A stretch of DNA of 64,000 nt, from the NCBI RefSeq assembly GCF_009914755.1, contig NC_060948.1; one strand, given 5' to 3'. The position numbers and the translations under genes are program-made. Under the pieces are notes generated by a model. It had not been told where the DNA came from, did no database searches, and was given only the letters and a program-made list of their open reading frames with translations. Each line of letters opens with the position of its first letter. Position 1 is the stretch's first letter. This stretch comes from the human T2T-CHM13v2.0 reference genome, Homo sapiens. Of this stretch, positions 12,261-25,210 are shown in pieces.

Positions 12261-14756
12261 ATACACAAATAAACTGTTCAAGTTATCTCATTTATATGAA
12301 CATCAATCTGGAGAACAGGCATGGGGATGGATATTAATTGTATGAGATTATGGTGTAAGGAACATAGAGTTGTATCAGGCTGAATTTACTGATTAGGACC
12401 ATCAAGGTAGTGACTTTGTGTTTAATATGGCAGCTTGGCGAGTTAAAAAGAAAAAAAAACTTCCAATAGTTTACACACTTAGTTAGCTGAAATGTGGATT
12501 AAAAGATGACCTGCTGTGAGTTAGCTGGAAATGCCTGGCCTACACTGGTTTAATGGAGAGGAGAAGATCCAAAAGCTTTGGAAGATTGGGATGGTGAAGT
12601 AGACTCATCCTTTCGACTTACTCATCCAGACTGGTAGGGTCCAGAACACATATCCTTGACCAATGCCTTGTGAAATAGATTGGGTGGTCAGCACCTGCAT
12701 TTTTGAATAGCCCTGTAATTGCTCTTCTCTTTTGTCAGATCTAATGGTGGAAACCACAATCACTCAACTACAAAATTTAAATACAATGAGAAAAATTGGA
12801 TCCTGATGTGACAGGGGCCAAGCAGCAGCACTCAACCATCAAAGGCAATGTGGGCACAGCTAAGGGATAGTGGCAGTCAGAATAATGTGAATCCTGTAGA
12901 GCTCTATCATTGGTTAATTAATCATGGTGTTCATGGAACTGATATTGATGGAAAACTACTGCGTTCATACTTAGGTTACACCTACAAAAATCTTTTGGCC
13001 AAAAGGACAAAAGACTATTTTGAATGATGAAAACAGAGAAGTACAGTCTCTCCATGAATTTCCAGATGAGAGCCAGTTTAAAGACCTAGAACCCATTGAA
13101 TGAAGGGGAAGCTGGGTTCCCTGGACCAAGAAACCCACTACATAAGTATTTATGCAGTGAATTTTTACACCATCTTTCCCCAAGGAGATTTTCAGGCTTT
13201 TATCAAGGTGACTGTGCATTAGGGAAAGGGAAATAATCAGACTTTTCAGAAACTACTGGACACTAGCTCTGTGCTGATGTGGGTTCCAAGGACCCAAAAC
13301 ATTATTATGGTCTTACAGTTGAAGTAGGAGCTCAGGGAGGTCAGGTAGTTAATAGAGCTTTAGCTTATTAGGTCAGATTTACACAGTGTTCAGTAAGTCC
13401 CCAGAGTCATTCCGTGGTCATTTTCCCAGTGCCAAAATGTACAACTGGCATAGACATACTTGGCACCTGGCAAAATCCCACATCTCTCTGACGTGTAGGG
13501 TGAGGGCTACTCCAATACGAAAGGTCAAATGGAAGCCACCAGGGCTGTCCCTACTTAGAAAAATGGTAAATAAGAAAAAATACCAAAACCCTGAGAAGAT
13601 TGCGAAGATGGGTGCCATCATAAGATATTTCAAAGTTGCTGGGGTGATAATTACCAGCACATCCTCATTCAACTTTCTTATTTGGCCTGTGCAGAAGACA
13701 GGTGGATCTTGGAGAATTACATTGGAGTATCATAACTTAACCGAGTTGTCAGTCAACTTGCAGCTGATGTACTAGATGTGGTTTATTGTTTGAGCAAATT
13801 AATACATCTCCTGGTATGTGGTATGCAGCCATTCACTTAGCAAATGCCCTTTTCTTTATTCCTGTCTATATGGACCACCAGAGGCAATTTGCCTTCAACT
13901 GGCAAGTCCACCAATTCACATTCATTATCCTCCCTCAGGAATATACTAATTCTCTGGCTTCCTGTCATAATCTTATTCAGAGATCTTGATTTCTTTTCAC
14001 TTATGTAAGATGGAATATTGGTCCATCACATTGATGATATTAGGCTGATTTAATGGGTGAGCAAGAAGTAGCAAGCACACTTGAATTATTGGTGAGACAT
14101 TTATGTACCAGAGGATAGAAAATTAATCTCACCAAAATTCAGAGAACTTCTACTTCCATAATATTCATAGGGGTCCAGTATTGTGAAGCCTGTCAAAATA
14201 TCTTTTGTAGGGTAAAGAACAAGTTTTTGTATGACCCTCTTATATCCAAGAAAGAGGCACAATACCAGCTAAACCTATTTGGATTTTTGAGACAACATAT
14301 TTTTCATTTGAATATGTCACCCAGGCCCATTATTGAGTGACCTGAAGGGCTGCCAGCTTTCAGGGGCATCCAGAATAGGAAAAGACTTTGCAGCTACTGT
14401 AGGCTGCAGTGCAAACCCCTCTACCACTTGGGCCATATGTATTTTAAGTATTTATCTTAAGTATTTCCTCCTTCTTTTGTTAAAAAAAGTTTGTGCAGAT
14501 AAACGCATGTACTAAGAAATTATCTTCCTTTTTTATTTTCCTTTATCATATTACATAAGATTTACTGAGTTCTTATCAACATTGGCGTATTGTAAACTTT
14601 ATGAAATATGGTTTGATTTGGGGATTGCTGCATTCCTGGTTGTAAGAGGATAATTGTATTATGTTAGGTATGATTATGACCTCATTTTTGTCTGCATTTG
14701 AAGATTATGTATTATAGCAGGAGATGTGTATTGATTCAAGTTGACAAGGGGTGGAC
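11329..14756 (+). mobile_element. HERV-L internal region (gag, pro, partial RT; most of the rest of pol deleted)
   Basis: ORF fragments SFNFLIWPVQKTGGSWRIT and WYAAIHLANALFFIPV..QFAFNW. VHHIDDI motif at ~14020. PPT aaggggtggac before the 3' LTR. Confidence 0.9.
12226..12266. repeat. (CA)n microsatellite inside HERV-L gag
   Basis: Direct read of the cacacacaca run. Confidence 0.95.
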
Positions 14757-15175
14757 TTTGATGGTTAATACTGAGTATCTAATTCATTGGATTGAGTGAT
14801 ATAGAGTATTAATCCTGGGGGTGTTTCTTGGGTGTTTCCCAAAAAAAGATTAACATTTGAGTCAATGGGAAGATCTATATTAATCTGTTGGGCACAATCT
14901 AATAAGCTTCTAGCAAATATCAAGCAGACAGAAACACATCCAAAAGTAAGATGGGCATAGCTTCCAAAGCTTGTATCTGTCTCTCATGCTGGATACTTCT
15001 TGCTCTTGGACACCGGACTCCAAGTTCTTCAGTTTTGGGACTCCAACTTACTCTCCTTGTTCCACAGCTTGCAGGCAGCCTATTGTGATCATGTACGTAA
15101 TTACATATTTTTATATACATATGTACACACACATACACACACACATACATATATATGTGTATATATATAAATATA
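14757..15175 (+). mobile_element. MLT2A 3' LTR of HERV-L, truncated at its TA/CA tract
   Basis: tttgatggttaatactgagt..gattaacatttgagtca..ggactccaagttcttcagttttgggactc, paralogous to 10912-11328. Confidence 0.85.
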
Positions 15176-16964
15176 TAAAGGGATGCCAAATTAAATAGTT
15201 TGTAAGTATTCTCAAAAAGCATTATTTGAATAAATACTGTAACTGTAAACCTTCTTTTATTAAGTCAGCTTATTTGATGGTGATATCATAAACTAATACC
15301 ATACAAAAAATCTTGACATATATATATATATGTGTGAGTGTGTGTTTCTGTGGCCCATACAGATCTCTGTAAAACAAACAGTTTTAAAGTATTTATTTTT
15401 CTATTTACTTACTGCCAAGGCTATAAAACCTACATCAGGTTAGTTACTTAATAAATGGTTACAATTTAGTAAATACTCTATTTCTTTGAAAATAAAAGTG
15501 TATTATGTCTCCTTAGAAAATGACAATTTAAACTTTCACAAGGATTTAGTAAATACTGGCTCTATATTGTAAAATGTAGCCATTAAAATCAGGTTTAAAT
15601 TTAAATAATCTATAAAGCCTAACTACCTCAGTGAAAAAGCTTTCACAAGTAATGATAATAGTAATAATATGAAGCAGTGCCAGCACTTTGAAAAATCAGA
15701 AGGTCAATCACAGACTTCCATAAATATTCCTCTTTCACTACAAGATTGGCCTGAACAACTTGGTTTCTACAAATAATGCCAGCTTCTGTACACCACTTAA
15801 TGTCTGCCAATGCCTTGACTTGAACTCTGCATTGTTCCAAGAATGTGTCTAAACAGCAGAGCTCTCTCTCAGCATATTAAGTAAAAAAACAAAACAACAA
15901 CAAAAAAAACTTGCCTTTTCATTTTAGGTATTGAATGGCATTGTATTAATCTTGGAAAAAATGCAAGCCCTATATGGGTAGGAGTTCTGCCTTGTAGACT
16001 AGGCTCTAGCATCGATAACAGAGCTTACAGGTTAGGCGCTAAGTGGGAACAAAGTATGCTCTGTAAGTGTGGATAACTAACATGTTGTTACTTGCTAAAG
16101 TCCTGAAACAAATTTTTTATTCAAACTAAAAGGATTTTACGTCGTCGAAATTCAACTGCTTTTGGATTTATCTTAACATTTTCAAATATTGTTCCCTATT
16201 ACATCAATTTCTTCATTCATTGATCTTTATTTTCTCTTATTGTCTAATATGTATTTTTGTGAATGCATTTTTATTACGTTGGAATAAGGCAGAGCACAAA
16301 TAATTCTGATCAAAGATGCCCACTATGAAAAGTTCTATCAAATAATTTTTTAAGAGGTGAATATATTTGAGCATTAGTTTTACTCAACAACTTTAGCAAA
16401 AGTGAAAATCCTCTAAACCCAGCTATAGTCCTTGAAAACTTGGTTTTCATTTAGCTTGCTTATTGTAATATCCTAGGAACTTTCATGTCATAACACATAC
16501 TGAAAGCACAATGTGTATCCATAAACAATGCACATGTGTGCATATGTATTATTTATGACTTTTCAACTGCAGCCAAGATTAGCTCTATCCCAAATGCCAG
16601 GGATTGAGTTTTCTCCCTTGGTACCTCCAAAGTTGAGGCTGACTAGGGCTTTATTTTTTTGATATTAATGTTTTACAAAAGATTGAAAAACTAATAGGAA
16701 GGAAAAGCAGAAAAATAGAAAATATATGGCTTAGTTTCTAATCATTGATTAACTGAACTGACCTTACTTTACTAATGCTTACCCTAAGTTGAATCAATTG
16801 AACTTTACATAGGCTTTTTCAAATCCTTCTGCTTTATGGAAAACAAAGTAGGAGTTAAGAAATCTTCAAAATACAATACCAAAGAATTCTAAATGTGTAT
16901 TTTTAAAAATAATTTTCTCCAGAAATGGTTCAACACTGTTACTTTCTCAAAAGCACCTGAGACT

Positions 16965-17040
16965 CAAGATTTTAGGATATTTAGCAGCATTTCTAACCTC
17001 TCAGCAATAGATACTAGTAATGTACCAGCCTCAAAACTTC
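16965..17040 (+). mobile_element. Possible MER20 DNA transposon fragment
   Basis: aggatatttagcagcatttctaacctct..tagatactagta resembles MER20 aggatgtttagcagcatccctggcctct..tagatgccagta. Confidence 0.4.
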
Positions 17041-18449
17041 AACTTCCAATCATGAACCAGGCTTAGGATGAAATTTAAAGTAAAATCTACAAACGTATAA
17101 AAACCCTAGCCAATCACATGGACTGTTGGTTACTTCTATGAACTCATCCACTGTAATTGTTTCCCTTATACTGTCTGTGGCAGCCACAGTTAGCTGGCTT
17201 TTTAAAAACAATTTAAACAGGCTTCCACCAGGGATCATCGTACTTGCTGACTTTGCTGCATGCTTACATAATTTTTTTTATTATTTTATTTAGATATTTA
17301 CTTGAAAGTTACTTTTTAAGCCACTTAATTCATATTTGTTTTACATAAAACCAAAATGAAGTTTATAACAGAGAACCTTGCCTCATATATTTTATATGAA
17401 ATTAATCATTTCAATTAATTTAAAAAACCAAAAACTGCATAACATAAAAACTAAAACAAAAGCCTAACATCTTGGATTCTAAATTGGAAGTGTAACATTC
17501 AATTTAAGTATTTTAAACAAGAGAGAAAACATAAAACTCTTAAATAAAAATAATCTCAGAAATTAGAAAACACTCAGTGCTTCATAGATAAAAATAAAAG
17601 CAAAACTGCAGGGTTGGTAGTTTCAAACTATTTCAAAAAAAAAAAAATCAAAAACAGCCTGGACCTGAAAATCCATAGTTTATATCAACCAAGTAAACAT
17701 TTAATCAAGAAAAACAATTATAAAAGGGTAAAGATTTTAGTTTTTTTTTCTCTTTGTGGATTGCCATATCACCTTCAAGTCATGGATGAAGCCTTCAGAA
17801 TTGATAACCACATTGTCAAAGTGAGGACCTGATTCCTGCTTCTGGAAAAAGCAAAGAAACTCTTATGTGCTAAATTATTGTGTTGTTTTTTTCCAGGATT
17901 TCTAGAGGATAAATGAAATTTCATAAAATAATTCTGTATTTCTCTTTTGCCTAACTCAAAAGTCACTCTCTGTTGGAAATGACAGGAATAGGTCACAAAT
18001 ATTTAAGTTTTGGAGAATAAAAAATATAGTTATTTTATACAATAGGTAAACTATAAACAGGAAGAAACATTGGAGAGATTTGTATTTGCAAATATCTGAA
18101 TATTCAGAAGAAGTTTAATACACTGAAGCACTTAGAAAATCATGCATATGCTCACTATGGAAACATCCTAAAAATTAACGTAAAACAATTTGCATTAACC
18201 CCCAAGTTTATCTACAGCTCAAAGTGAGAAGAAACTGAAGGTTAAGACAGAATTAGCAAAAACCCCCATGAGGGTTACAAGAGAGTGTTAATACATACCC
18301 AGTATTTAAAAGTGATAGGTTTTATATTGCTCTTATTCATTTTAGTAACGAATAAAACACTTTTCATTTCAGAAATAAAGAAAAGCATTCAGAGTTAGCA
18401 TGTTATGACATTTCTAATACAGAGTTAGCATTCGGTGTTAGCACAGTAT

Positions 18450-19790
18450 AACATTTGAAATATAGTTTTCTGAAAAGCAAAAACACAAAAACCAAGAGAA
18501 AATTATGACCAATGTAAACTAAATGAAGGAATTAAATGTGTCCCAAATTTTACAGACAAATAACTTAAAACAATTTTAAGTAAGGCTAAATAGAAATGAC
18601 TGACAAATGATGAAAGAACAACATGAGCGCATCACTGAGACAAATTATAAAAGAAACCACAAAAAGGGGAGATAATGACTGAAATAAAGTCGACCATAAA
18701 GGTATTTAAAAGCAGATTTGAGCAGGTAAATATTCAGTCAGTCTGAAGGAATAAAAACTGAAATAACCCACTTTGAGAAGTAAAATAAACAAAATTATGT
18801 GAAAAAAAACTAAAGAGTAAACAGAACACTGCGAGGTATACTGGTGCATGCAATATGAGCATCTGATAAATGAAGAAAAACAGAGGCCAAAAAGTTTAAG
18901 GCAAAAATGGCTGTACATTTCCTGAACTTGAAAATCTGTGTCTAAAATTTGAAAGAGAACAAAAATCTTTAACCACAATATAGTTAATGATAGCCACATC
19001 AGAAAACATTACAGGCCATCAAGAGCCAATGCACAGAAAAGAGTAAAAACAGAAGGGGAACAGCATCTTACTATGTGCAAGAAGGTCTTGATTAAAATTA
19101 ACAGATGACAGTTCAACAGAAACCTCAGAAGTCAGAAGGTGGTGGGATATACAAATTTTAGCAGAAAAAAAAAATGCTATCAAGCATGAAATATATAGCT
19201 GGTAAAATGACATTCAAGCAAAAATATCTAGATAAAGAAAAGCTAAAGGAAATTGTGACTAATGCTTCTCTAAAAGAAAATGATATTACTATTAAAACCC
19301 TGGCAAACATAACTATTAATGAACACTCAGTGTGCACAGATATAATCAGAGACAATAATATAAATTGAGAAGGATGGAAAACTACAAGAGCAGCATATTT
19401 TTATATTGTTGACCTTAAACATTAGATTATTCACACAAGTTAGTATTGTTCATAGTAGGTTATTTTAAGTTTTCAATAATAATTGAAGTCCCATATATAC
19501 CTAATTGTAATATAAAAAATACAACAAAGTTTTTAAAAAATTAACCAAATTTTTTTAAATTAGCCAAAAAAATAAGGATCAAATAAGAGAAAGAACACAT
19601 GGAAAACAAGAAAGTCAATGTCAGAGTATGTAATATTTTACTTGTAACAACTTTAAATGTGAGCTCTTGCTTAAAAAGTCACACACTGGTGCCAGTGTAC
19701 CCTTAAACAAAGGAGTCACTCGGTGACTGCTATGCAAGGCATACTTTAGGTGCAAAGACAAATAGGCCAAAGTAAAATGATAGTAGATTC
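18450..19790 (+). mobile_element. Old L1M ORF1/early ORF2 fragment
   Basis: A-rich; aaagcagatttgagcagg and ttaacagatgacagttcaacagaaacctcagaagtcagaagg (L1 ORF1 C-terminal motif). Confidence 0.65.
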
Positions 19791-20295
19791 TGGGAAAGTG
19801 TTGCAATGTACTACAGAGCACTCTACTTCCATCTCTTCAACTATACAATAGGTGCAGTGGCAGGATTAATATGATGCAGTTACTGTAGAATTTGAGAGTC
19901 TACCTGAAGCTTACAGCTTCCAAAAAATTTTGTATAGTAAAAAAATTAAATTTTATCAATTTTATAGCACAGATCAGCAGCAGCTACTTATTTTTATTAA
20001 TGAAGGGATGCTGCCTTGCAAATATTTCTGGAGCAGCTTACAAGAGCCATGGTAAACAAAAAGGACACTGTCCTCCAAATTGCAGGAGGACTCATTCACC
20101 AATTGCTGTTTCTGCTTATGGATGTCCCAACAGAGGTGAACAGCCATTGTTTTATACCCCAAACATTATTCAGTCTCTTTGTCCCTCTGCACAACAAACT
20201 TTCAGAAGATTAAGAAGTCAGAACATGTTTTCCTAATTGTTCTTCTTTTTCTCTTAAGAGGTTAGACATTTGTGGACAAAAACATTCAAAACTAA

Positions 20296-20338
20296 ACACA
20301 CACACTCACACAAACACACACACATATATATGTATGTC

Positions 20339-20398
<60 letters not shown>

Positions 20399-20408
20399 TA
20401 TATATATA
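20296..20408. repeat. Compound (CA)n/(TA)n microsatellite
   Basis: Direct read. Confidence 0.95.
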
Positions 20409-20439
20409 ATGAATTGTGGCTTTAATGATATGTGCCCCA

Positions 20440-21800
20440 AAACAATGAGGCTCAAAAAAGACCCAAGAAGAAGCTCAGTAAGGCTGACTTACAGGAGAGA
20501 AAAAGCCTATATAATAAACAAAACCTTACCAAACCATAGAAGAAGAAAATGGTATTTTCAGTGTTACAGCACTTTAAAATTTAAATGCTCTTTTTCAGCG
20601 CAAGCAAAATCACAAATTACAGAATGAAATAGACAAGTATGGCTTATTTTAAGAACATAAAAAAATTACGAAGGAGGTTTTTTTAGACAGCCCAAATGGC
20701 AGTCTTACTAAAACATTTTAGTTAACAATTAAGCTTCATGTTAAGATAATATAATAAACAAAAGAAGCTCAAAAAATATGAACAAAACTTATTAATAAAA
20801 AGAGTAAAGTTATTTTATAACCTAAAAAGTCTAGAGATAAAAGTAAGAAAAATTTGCTACAGATATTTAAAAGCAGATATGAGCAGGGGAAGAACAAAAT
20901 ATCAGCATAGTAAAGAAAGGGTAGTTGACATTATTTATTACATTATGAAAGGAAAGAAAAAAATAAGGAAATGAGAACACAGCCTAGAATGCTGTGGGAC
21001 ACTATCAAGCAGCCATATTTACACATAATGGAAGTGGAAAGGGTGAGACAAAGAATCAGGGAGACTATTTAGAAACAACAGTGGCAAAGAATACCAAGAT
21101 CAAAAAACTCCAAGTTAGAGAAACTCAAAGCAACAAACTCAAATTCTATGATAACTAAACTCTGTAAAAGAAAGAGAGAGAAAATCTTGAAAGCAGCAAA
21201 AGAAGTGACTAATCATGTTCAAAGAAACCTCAACAATAATCAGCAGATTTCTTATCTGAAAACTCAGAAGACAGAAAGCAATAGACTAACAAATACCAAA
21301 TGATGTAAGAAAAAACTTTTGAACGGAAATCTTATGTTCAAAAAATTGTCATTCATAAGTGAAGGAGAAATTATGACATTTCCAGATAAAAGCTGGGACT
21401 TTTACCAGTAGACTACTTTTTAAAAAATGCCTTATGGGGTCCTTCATGGTAAAATGAACAGACATTCAACAGTAGCAAAAATGAGTATATATAAAGCAAA
21501 GATAAATACCTTAACAATTACAAAACATAAAAAATTAGCAATGTGCACCTCCACAGTTTGTTTCCCATATAATTTAAAACACTAATATATTTAAGAAAAA
21601 TACTATCATCCAGTTGTGTTTTTGACATACAATACATAAAGGTATGATTTTGAGAACTCAATAAGTGAAATAATTGGGGTGAAGCTATACAGAGGTAAGA
21701 GATTTGTATGTTATTGAAGGTAAGCCAGCATAACTTTAAAAGTGGAATAACTTTAAAATATTGAATGTAGTCATATTATCAATGACAATTAAAAAAGTAA
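20440..21800 (+). mobile_element. Old L1M (L1MC/MD-like) ORF1 region, upstream flank of CDY copy 1
   Basis: gctgtgggacactatcaagc, aaaatcttgaaagcagcaaaaga, cagcagatttcttatctgaaa, gacatttccagataaaagctg. Confidence 0.75.
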
Positions 21801-21849
21801 AAGGGTAAAAGGCAGGTAGAAAGCGTTCTGTACTACATCAGAGAGTAGG

Positions 21850-22650
21850 AGCTGTGGATTTAGCTCCTCTCACCTGAGGCTACTGAGCCACCTATCATGG
21901 CACCATGACACAGAGCCCAAGCTGTCACATCAGGGAGTGAGTGTGGAGACTTTCAGGCAGAGAGCACAGCTCCTATTTTACACAACTTTCACTAAACCAG
22001 TGGCGACAAAGTGGAAGGGGCTCATCCATACACAGAAACTGGTGAAGCACTGGAGGCAGAAACAAGTGGCTATGTGGAGACAACTGAAAGAAAGTTGGCA
22101 CAGCAACTGCTCCAATCCTGTGTCTTTCTTCATGGCTTCCCAGGTGTTTGAGGTTGAACCTCTTGTTGACACAAAACAAGACAAAAATGGGAATACAGAG
22201 AACTGGAAATGTCCAAGCTATGTATTTAAATTATCAAAACATTTTTAAGCACTGTAACTTTAAAATAAGTAATAAAACAGCTTCATTGCCTAAATGTGAT
22301 TATTTCATGCATACACAAGCCCAAATATAAAAGCAGACTGGTGAGCACTAAACTGTTCTTGCAAGATCTAAATTTTATCTATGTCTACTATGATATATAA
22401 GACCAGAATTGTGTTTTATTAGATTTGAATGGCAAAAATTTGTGTAATAATGTTTGTTTTTATTATTTATTTTTACCTTAGAATGCAGATGCTACTGGGG
22501 TATGAGGCAACCTCTACTCCCTCCCACAAAAACAAGACACAGAATTATCAGTAATTGTGTCTTTGACTTTACAGTGTCACACATAACTCAGAGAAACAAC
22601 ATTCTAAATTAAAAGACTTGTCTTTTAGGATAAATATTTCTGACACAAAA
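21850..22650 (+). pseudogene. CDY: CDY pseudogene copy 1: 5'UTR plus 23 codons fused to the 3'UTR (CDS deleted)
   Basis: 5'UTR ctgtggatttagctcctctcacctgaggctactgagc. ATG at 22132 gives MASQVFEVEPLVDTKQDKNGNTE, then directly aactggaaatgtccaagctatg, which matches 3'UTR ~29400 of copy 2. Confidence 0.92.
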
Positions 22651-23009
22651 TTCACTGATGATCATTCTGCCAAACTCAACATATGGTTAGAATTTATGTT
22701 GAGATATAACTTTTCTTTTATTTTATAAATGTCTAGTTCTTACTCAGTTAACATAAAGAAACCTTTATCTTTCTAAGTGTAAAACATATTGCACTCTATT
22801 AGTGAATTATGGAATCATTTTTGTGGAAATATCCATGTTTTAATGTTCATCCTGTGCAGACATAGATTAACTTAGAGTATGTTCTAGTTAACAAGTTAAA
22901 ATTCTGGACACATTATTAAAAACAGAAACTTCTTTCAAAGTAAGGAAAAGACTCCTACACTCAGCATGACATTTAAAATTATTGGTGTCTGTTTTTACGT
23001 GCACACAAT

Positions 23010-23715
23010 TTTATAGAATACTCTACCTGTTCAGCTACCAGAAGCTTTCTGAATCCTTTCCTGTTGGTTTCTATGGAAGTTCCATTATATAGGCATAATT
23101 GAATAATCCACTGGCCATTGTTGATGAATGACATTTGTCACAGGATCTCTAGGGTATGGCTTCACCAGCAAAGAAACTGTGGATGATGGCACATTTGCAC
23201 AATGTCAGAGTGGGCACTGGGAGCTTGGAGAGGCCAGGCAATGGGAATAGGAACTACAGGGAATTTGTTGGAAGGATGGCTTCCCACACCTTGGAAAGTA
23301 GATGGGTGCTTGAGTCTGCAGCTGTGGTGGGGCAGCTGCCACTGTTCCTGAGTAGGTGGGGCTCCTTATAATTCCACTTGGATGTGAGTGTGGTTTCTGC
23401 CTTTTCTCTGTTTCCACCAGTTTCACAGAGTGTACAGCTCTGGCTTCACCTCCCTCATTGCACCTGAAATCTTTGCAGCAGCCTCTCTAAATGGGCTGCT
23501 GCTGCCATTACCTGCAGCATCTCTCCCATTTCAGAATGATGCAGAGTTCATCTGAGAGTTCCTACCATTAAATCATGCCTTGGATTTTCATTGAAAAGCC
23601 CCAGTGTGCAGATCTACATCAATATTATCATATTAACAGACAGCACTTTGGAGATTCCAAAGGTTTTAGGAGTTTTATAGCAGAAAGCAGACAAACATCA
23701 AACATGCTTTACAAA
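23010..23715. mobile_element. MER21-like LTR interrupted by an internally deleted MER52-family LTR (~23136-23511, minus)
   Basis: cagaagctttctgaatcc..atggaagttccattatataggcat..ggccattg, resuming after the insert to gattccaaaggttttaggag. Insert runs tgtcacaggatc.. to ..atgggctgctgctgccatta. Confidence 0.6.
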
Positions 23716-23977
23716 CTTACAGCTACTAAAAAGAAAACCCCAGGACTAGAGTTTCAAATTTTGAATTCTAAGCATTAAAACAATGTACTCCTTTATTAAA
23801 AACATTTATTTTAAAAGAAGAAAGTACAAATTGAACATGGCTAACACAAAAATTTCAAATGTACTCTAATGTGAACTTTGATAGATTCCATGACAAAAGT
23901 AAAAAACTGCACAGAAAAGCCCTTAACACAAATGTTGTTTAATCTACAAAATATACAAAATTACCTTCATGAAAGTG

Positions 23978-25085
23978 TGAGAGAAAAAAGAAGTGAGGAA
24001 GCTAGAAGCAGTTTTTGGAAAAACTCTTTTACACAGGGGAACAGCCTGAAAACATAGGATGCAGACACTGATAAAAAAAAAATTTAAGATGATGATAGCC
24101 TTAAGATATATCCACAACTGCACTAATAAGGCAACAAGGCAGAATATAGAAATGACTTTGTCATTTTTGCCTAAAACATATTCATGGCTGTAAAGATAAA
24201 GGAATGAGGCCAAAAGAATAAATGCCTTTGCCATTCATATAATCAGCAGACTTCAAGAAAATACACACTCCTCCATTTGTGGGCATGACACACGGTAGGC
24301 TCCAGTGGGTTCTGATGTAATTTTTTCTCTATTTTGGACATATGAGCCAAGCATTTATGAATTATCTCTTCAGCTTCTGCTTTTCCTCAGCCCAATGTTC
24401 CAGACAAAGCTTTTACTTTAGCCTCTCATTTTTCCCAGACCAGGTACTGAAACTAGCTAAGTAGTGCTTTCTTCAAGACAGCTCAGAGACACCTCAGAAA
24501 ATTTTGTTCTTTACAGTTCATAGAAAGCCCTGACCAAGCTTTACAGTTGGAAACTCTCTCAAATCCCTTCTTCACTGTCAGGAGTTTTCTTCTTTTGCTT
24601 GTTAACCTTTTGTTCCTAATTGAACTTTGCATCATGCAGACTCCTTAATTATTGTGGCCACGAGACATTACTTCAGCCTGTGATTGGTCCCAAGCCAAGG
24701 TCTCAGGCTGAGTTGTCACTTCCTTTTTTGTCCAGGGCCAAGTTCCAAGGCTGAGCTTAGTAGCTTCTATAAATCATAACTTCAGTTCCAGATGAATCCA
24801 AGAAAAATGTTCAGGGCCAAGCCAAATAACACTTACTCTAAGACCACTAAGCACATTATTTTACTTCCCTGCCTTTAGAAACCATAAATCCCAATCTCAT
24901 AGTAGGTAAACCATTTGCATTCCACCTCCACTGTGAAGAGCTTTTTTACTTTCACTTATCAAAATTTTGCTTCAAATTGTTTGCATCCATTCTCCTTAAT
25001 TTTCTTGGCCATGGGACAAATAGCTCTGTGTGATACCTCACAATTAGAGACTTTTATATTGTGGTGTATGAGTGAGACTGAAATG
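23978..25085 (+). mobile_element. ERV1 LTR (LTR25-like; family tentative) with duplicated 3' half
   Basis: Starts tgagag..acagcctgaaaa..gcagacac and ends gatacctcacaattagagac..ttgtggtg..gagactg. Same family as the LTRs at 31542, 35899, 41196, 45131, 47750 and 49848. Confidence 0.7.
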
Positions 25086-25210
25086 ATTGAAGTATTGGAA
25101 TTGAGCTCTGGGATGCATTAGCCTTGAAACACTGTAATACACAGACTTGGGGGCAGTCAACCATGTACTGGTCACCAGTACAGGTTGGAAAGGGTCAAGG
25201 TAGCTTCATG

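Noticed and set aside
15720-15850. Weak USP9-like peptides (FTT.., AL...L..SKNV) on the plus strand
   Set aside because: Spacing is inconsistent with USP9 and the similarity is too short to call; left as an unassigned island
21937-22131. In-frame upstream extension of CDY copy 1
   Set aside because: GTG start in the 5'UTR; the equivalent frame is not open in copy 2
23944-24234. Hydrophobic 96-aa minus-strand ORF resembling a membrane protein
   Set aside because: Antisense reading of an A-rich LTR; a compositional effect
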